64,000 bases of DNA, taken from positions 49,006-113,005 of the forward strand of contig CAKNPS010000003.1 in the NCBI GenBank assembly GCA_930990515.1. Direction: 5' to 3'. Below, one piece after another: positions 33,601 to 39,600 of the stretch. How positions within the stretch are numbered: position 1 is the first letter of the stretch; every line of letters starts with the position of its first letter. This DNA is from an uncultured Clostridia bacterium. GTDB taxonomy: Bacteria; Bacillota; Clostridia; Christensenellales; UBA1242. The notes beneath the pieces were generated by a model. It was not told the origin of the DNA. It worked only from the letters and a program-made list of their open reading frames with translations, and ran no database searches. The position numbers and the translations under genes were made by a program.

Positions 33601-36600
33601 CTTGCTGGAACTTATACTGGAAAACTTATTAATGTGACAGTTCAAGGAGATATTGAATTTACTGGCGCAACTGACTATGTTAATAAAGTTGGTGGTGTTG
33701 TAGGTAAATTTACTGGAACAATTATTTCGGCTGAAAATCTTGTCAATATTAGCATAGAAAATGGTGCAAATGTTGTTGGTGGTATTGTTGGCGAATTTAA
33801 TGGCGATGCCGATGTTGACGACGGATTAGTAGAAGATGTTGAAACTGTTGCTGGGGATATTGTTAATACACTTAAGGATGGAACAATTTCTTATTCGTCA
33901 AACAATGGAACAATTGTGGCAAAAACAAGTTTATTTAGTAGTACAACAGGAACTGGAACACCAAGCAGTATGACAACTGGGCTTGTGGCTACAACATCTC
34001 ATAACCCTTATAACGATGGTGGAGATAGTTCTGGAAGTATCTCAACACAAAATGAACCAGTGGATAGAAATAGCAATTTAGTTACAGTTCTTGGCGGTAT
34101 TGCAGGGTATGTTTCAGAAGGAACTATTGACCACGCATATAATAATGCAACTGTAATGAATAATTATGATGACTTAGATAACTATACTTGGGAGAAAAAT
34201 CTTGCAAGCGGTGGTATTGTTGGTTACTCTGAAGGTAATATTTCAAATTCATTAAATATGGGATATGTCGTTTCTGGAAACAACAGAAATACAGGTGTGG
34301 CTCTTGCTGGTGGTATTGTTGGCTATTCTACAGGTAAAGTTTCTTATTCTTATAACGATGCTAAAGTTCAGGCAGTAAGTTACATTAATGCAAGTCATTA
34401 TAAGATTACAATGGAAAATCTAACTTATGAGGAAAAAGGGCAAGCCGATTCTGGTTCTAACAAAGTGGATTTCACATTCAAAATTGAATACAACACTTAT
34501 GAGACAACTGAACACAATGAAGAAACTGGTGAAGAAGTCACTGTTGATGTGAAAATGGATAGGCTTGTTATGGCATATGGTATTGGATATATCAATGGTG
34601 GTTCTGAAGAAGGTAATGCAAACTTTGACACTGAAGAAATTGTTAACGATGGAAACATTGGCTATACTATAAGAAGAATAACTCCATCTTTTGAAGCTCA
34701 AAGATATTCAGGTGGTGATACTTCAATTTTAAGTGTAGTTGATAATGTTGATAATATAGTTGAAAAATATGATTATTATTTAGCAACAGGTGAAGATGGT
34801 GAAGATGGGGCTGACATAAGAATTAGTGCTTATGATTCTTATGGTTTCCCAAGTAGATTTAATTACTATTATTCTTATTCATTTGATATTAAAGGATTTA
34901 ATCATAATTATAATAGTTCGTTTGGTCCATTTATGAGTTTTATGCTCACTGATCGTTCTCCAAATACTACATTGGGAGATACTCAAATTTCAAATTACAG
35001 TGAAACAACTTCTTTAAGTGACAATATTTATCCAGGCGGAGATTCAACATATTACTTCTCAATTCCACTTTATAACACGACAACTAAGTTTATTAATGAT
35101 GGGAATTCTTATGAAGAACTTGTTGAAGATATCAGTAATTTAAACAGCAATCTTAATCGCACAAATAGTGATGATGTTGATGAAACAGATTTTGATAATC
35201 TTTATAGTGACATTAATGCAGTAAGAGAAGCAGAAGATGATGTTACTGATGAAAGCATCAATGTTAATGGTAAAGAATATACTTATGTAAGTTCAAGTGG
35301 CGATTTCACATCTTTCACTGGTGGTGTTGGCATAAGTGGAGCTATCCCTATTGAAGTTCCAGATGTAGGTTATTCTTATGAAGATGATCTTTTGGACCCA
35401 GGTTCTTTGACAGTTCGACCTATCCGTGTGTCATCAATTGATTTTGGTTTACACATAGATGAAACAAGCGGAGTTTCAGTCAATGATGATCTATTAACAA
35501 ATCTTGAAGCAATTGGTGCTAATGTTAGAATAAGCGAAGAAAATGGCTCATATTTCCTTAACTATACTGCTTATTATAATAGAAGTGAACTTGCAAATGC
35601 ATTGGGATTAACTTCAGGTAGTAATGTTCAAAATGTTATAGAGGCTATTCAACTTGATGTTCAATACAACTTAATTTATCAATATTCAACTGAAATCACT
35701 TTAACAAAACGTAATTTAAATAAATTTACTAATGCAAGATTAGGTTATGGTGTGGAAGTTGATATGATAACCAACACAAATGGTTATCAAGCACTTTCAA
35801 TTGGAGAATATTTAGATGAGTATGGTTTTGCAGACTATTATAATGGAATCTTAAATCGAGATGAAGAATTAGATAATTTAGAAGTTTATTTCACTAACAG
35901 TGGCACAAATTACTATTATGATACTCAAGATAATATTTTTGTTGAAATGGGCGATAGTGTTCCCGCAAATGTTTTAACCTTGGATTTAATTAGAGATGCA
36001 AGTTTATCTAATGATAATGAAAATGATAAAATTGCAGATTACTTAGGTGTTCTATTGCGTTTCAGCAATGATTTGAAAAGAAACAGATTCATTAATTTAG
36101 TTACAAATACGGCAAGTCCTTACACAATGAATATAGTTTATTATGTTCAAGGAAATGGTGCTTATGATCAAACAATTGGTGGTTCAACAACTTTTAATGC
36201 ATCATATAGTAGAGCAGTAAATTTCCCAACAAATGATATATCAAACCCAAATGGATCATATGTTACTAAAACTGATAATGGAAATAGTGCGGTTTTTGAG
36301 TTTATTGTTGATAGTTTTGATGGATCCGATGAAGTTGTAATTAATTTTACTTCAAGTGGTTCAAGTGGTGATAGTTCAAGTGCAACCATAACTTTAAATA
36401 TAGATTATAATGCTTCAACTGTAGATGACAGATATTCATATACTTATGGTAGTGGTGTTTCACAGGATTATAGTACTGGTAATTATTATATATTTGGTAC
36501 AGGATCAGATGTAAGCACATGGCCAGTAAGGTTGACAACTGGAGTTTCAGGTGAAGGTAATCCAACCATTATTTTAACAAGTAATAATGATAATGGTAGA

Positions 36601-39600
36601 ATATATATTACAAATGCAAATGTGAGCAGAATTTCATTCACAGAATATGAATTAGATCTTCCAAGCGAATATAATAGGACAACAACAATTGAAGTTAATG
36701 GTAATAATTATGATGTAACAGGAATCTATAAATTAAAATTGAGCGGTAATCAAATTCTTGATGAAAATGATCAGGTAATTGATGGTTATACTTATTCTAA
36801 TGGAACTTTAACAAGAGAACAAGGCGTTGATTCTAATGTCACATTGTATTATACTTATGATAGGGCAGAAACTGAAGATGGACTTCAAGTTGCATCGGCT
36901 AGCACTTCAGATGGTGGCATCAACATTGTTTATATAGCAAATGATGGTTTCTATTATTCTCTTTACGAAGATGAGAATGGAAATTTAGTAAACGGCACAG
37001 AAGATAAAGGCAGTGGAAATTATGTTCAAATGATTGATGGAGATTCTGATTCTGCCGCCACAAGCATTAATTACACATTCTATAGCACTGGAACAATTAG
37101 TTCTTTCCATGGAATTAATATTACATCTGGAAATTATATTGTTACAGAAGCAAAGTATCCAAATGGAGCATTAAGTTATACTCTAACTAAGGTTGATGCA
37201 GAAAGTCCTATTTTAGTAATATATCATATAATGGATATAGCCTATAAGGTAGACGAAAATGGACAAACAACTTCTGAAGTTATCCAATCGGGCTATGAAT
37301 ATGTTATTGATTATACAGGTTCCTCGGCATCTTATTATATGGTAGAAATTGCAGGAGAAAATACATATAACATAATAGATACAAACAAATGGGATAATTT
37401 AGAGAACTACTTCTTAGATGAAGACTATTTAAATTCATATTACATGCAAGGTGGCTCTGGCAGTATTTTAGATTATACATATGATATGGATCCTTACTTT
37501 AGTTTTAAATATTCTAAATTGCTTTCTGCTAACACTGTTTTAGGGCAAGAATATTCACTTAGAACAGGACTGGGAGAACATGATACTACTTCAGGAATAG
37601 TTAATACTTTTAGTTACATTACCAGCAGTGGAGGAAATATTACTGGACTGGAATTTAATAATATAAGATATCAAGTTCAATCATATTCATTAAATGTTAG
37701 TTTAAAGTTAGGAGAAGGGTATGAAACAAGAATAAATTATAAAGCGGAAGTCGTAACTGAAGGAGAAGAAATTCAGATTTATTATTTAGATAAAAATAAT
37801 AATAGAATTGCTATTGTAGAAAGCGAAAATATTGTTTCAGGAAGTGGAGAAATAGAAGATGTAAATCAATATATAGTTTTAATAGAAGATGTAAATTTAA
37901 ATGGAACAATAATAAGAAGTGGAACTAGGATCGCAGAAATTTTAGATAATAATGAAATTGAGTTTGTGAATGCTTCTTATGAAAATATTTTAGGGACAGA
38001 AGAACAAACCATACCTTTAGGTAGTATTATGACTTATACTATGCAATTAAGAACTTCTGATAATAATATAGTCACATTAACAATTGAATTAGGTTTAGAT
38101 TCTTTACTATTTACTAACGATTATACTTCAAAATTAATAGCAAATAATATTACAGAAAATACATCTAATTATGGCACGACAATTCCAAATGTTGAATTTA
38201 CGGAAAATAGTTTAGCATCTTACTCTGGAAATGAAGTTGTGTTTAATGCTGCAAATTTTGGTCCTACTGAAACAGAAAGTTCAACAGAGATGTATTTTGG
38301 ACCATCGTCAATAACTTTTGATGTTGGAACAGAAGATATTATTGATTCTGGAACTGTCAATGGAAATATAACACTAAGCACTTCTTCATCAAAGGATAGT
38401 TTCATAGCAACTGGTTTGGAAAATAATGTTGATAATACGAATGATAAACAACATTCTCTTTCAATTGGAGTTGATGATACAGCTCAAGAATTTGGTTCAT
38501 TTACTGATTATTATGAATTTGAATTAACAATTCCATTTATATTTAATAATCAAAAAGATGAAACTTTAACTGCTGATGATTTTGCATCATCAAATGGTAA
38601 CATCATAATTTCTGATAATATTTATATTCAAGATATGTCAACAACAATAAATGGATTAAATACTGACACTATGGAAGTTAGAGGTTATAATTATTTAATA
38701 ACACAAAAACTCTCTCTTGGAACTTTCTATTATGCTGTTCGTGTTGGGGCAACAGGCTATCTACAAGATTTAGTCTTTGCAATTTCTGCTGATGCTGATC
38801 CTAATGATGAAAGAGCAAGTGTAAATGTTTTCGACGTTGTAAGTAGTGAAACAGGTGGAACAAGAGTTTCAAATATCCTAATTTATGGAACAATAAGACA
38901 AATTTCTGTTGATAAGTTCTATAATATTGGAACTGATGCCAATGGTTCTATAACAATTTTAAATGCTTCTTCATTAAATGCAACATCATTAGAATCAAAT
39001 ATGTCATTAATTGGTGCCGATGGACTATCTGGAAATAGTGTATGGCAAAATGGAGACGGATTTGATAGTGGAAATGGTGAGAGCGTTCTTGTTACTTTAC
39101 AATCAAAAACAGGAAATGTAACTCTTGCTGACAACTCCATCTTAGTTGCTGGCAATGGTGGCAATGGCAGTAATGGGACTGATGGAAGCCGCTCAAATAA
39201 CTTTAATAGACCTAAAGGCAACAATGGTGAAAACGCTGGAAATGGTGGTAATGGCGGTGTTGTTTCTGGAGAAGGAATTTCAATTTCTGGGGCTGACGGA
39301 ACGGCTGGCAATGGCGGTAATGGTGCCGATGGATTGAATGCCACAACAGATTCAAATGCTGGCGGTGGCGGTGCCGGTGGAGATAGTGGTACTACTGGTG
39401 CTAAAAACAAAATGACAAATCGTCAATATAATAAAGATATCGCTGGAAGTGGTGGCTCGGGAGGACTAGGAATGTTCTATAATGGTAATGCTGATTATGA
39501 GAGTGATTCTGATTATTATCATGAATACTCATATTCTGGAAATGCAACACAACCCGATAAGGGTGATTCCACCAAAGGTGGCGGTTATAATGACAATGGT

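Noticed and set aside
38919-39410. 163-aa Pro-rich ORF on the minus strand inside the giant gene
   Set aside because: It is the antisense mirror of the Gly-rich GGN-codon block (GGN read backwards gives NCC, which encodes Pro). It has no independent start signals.
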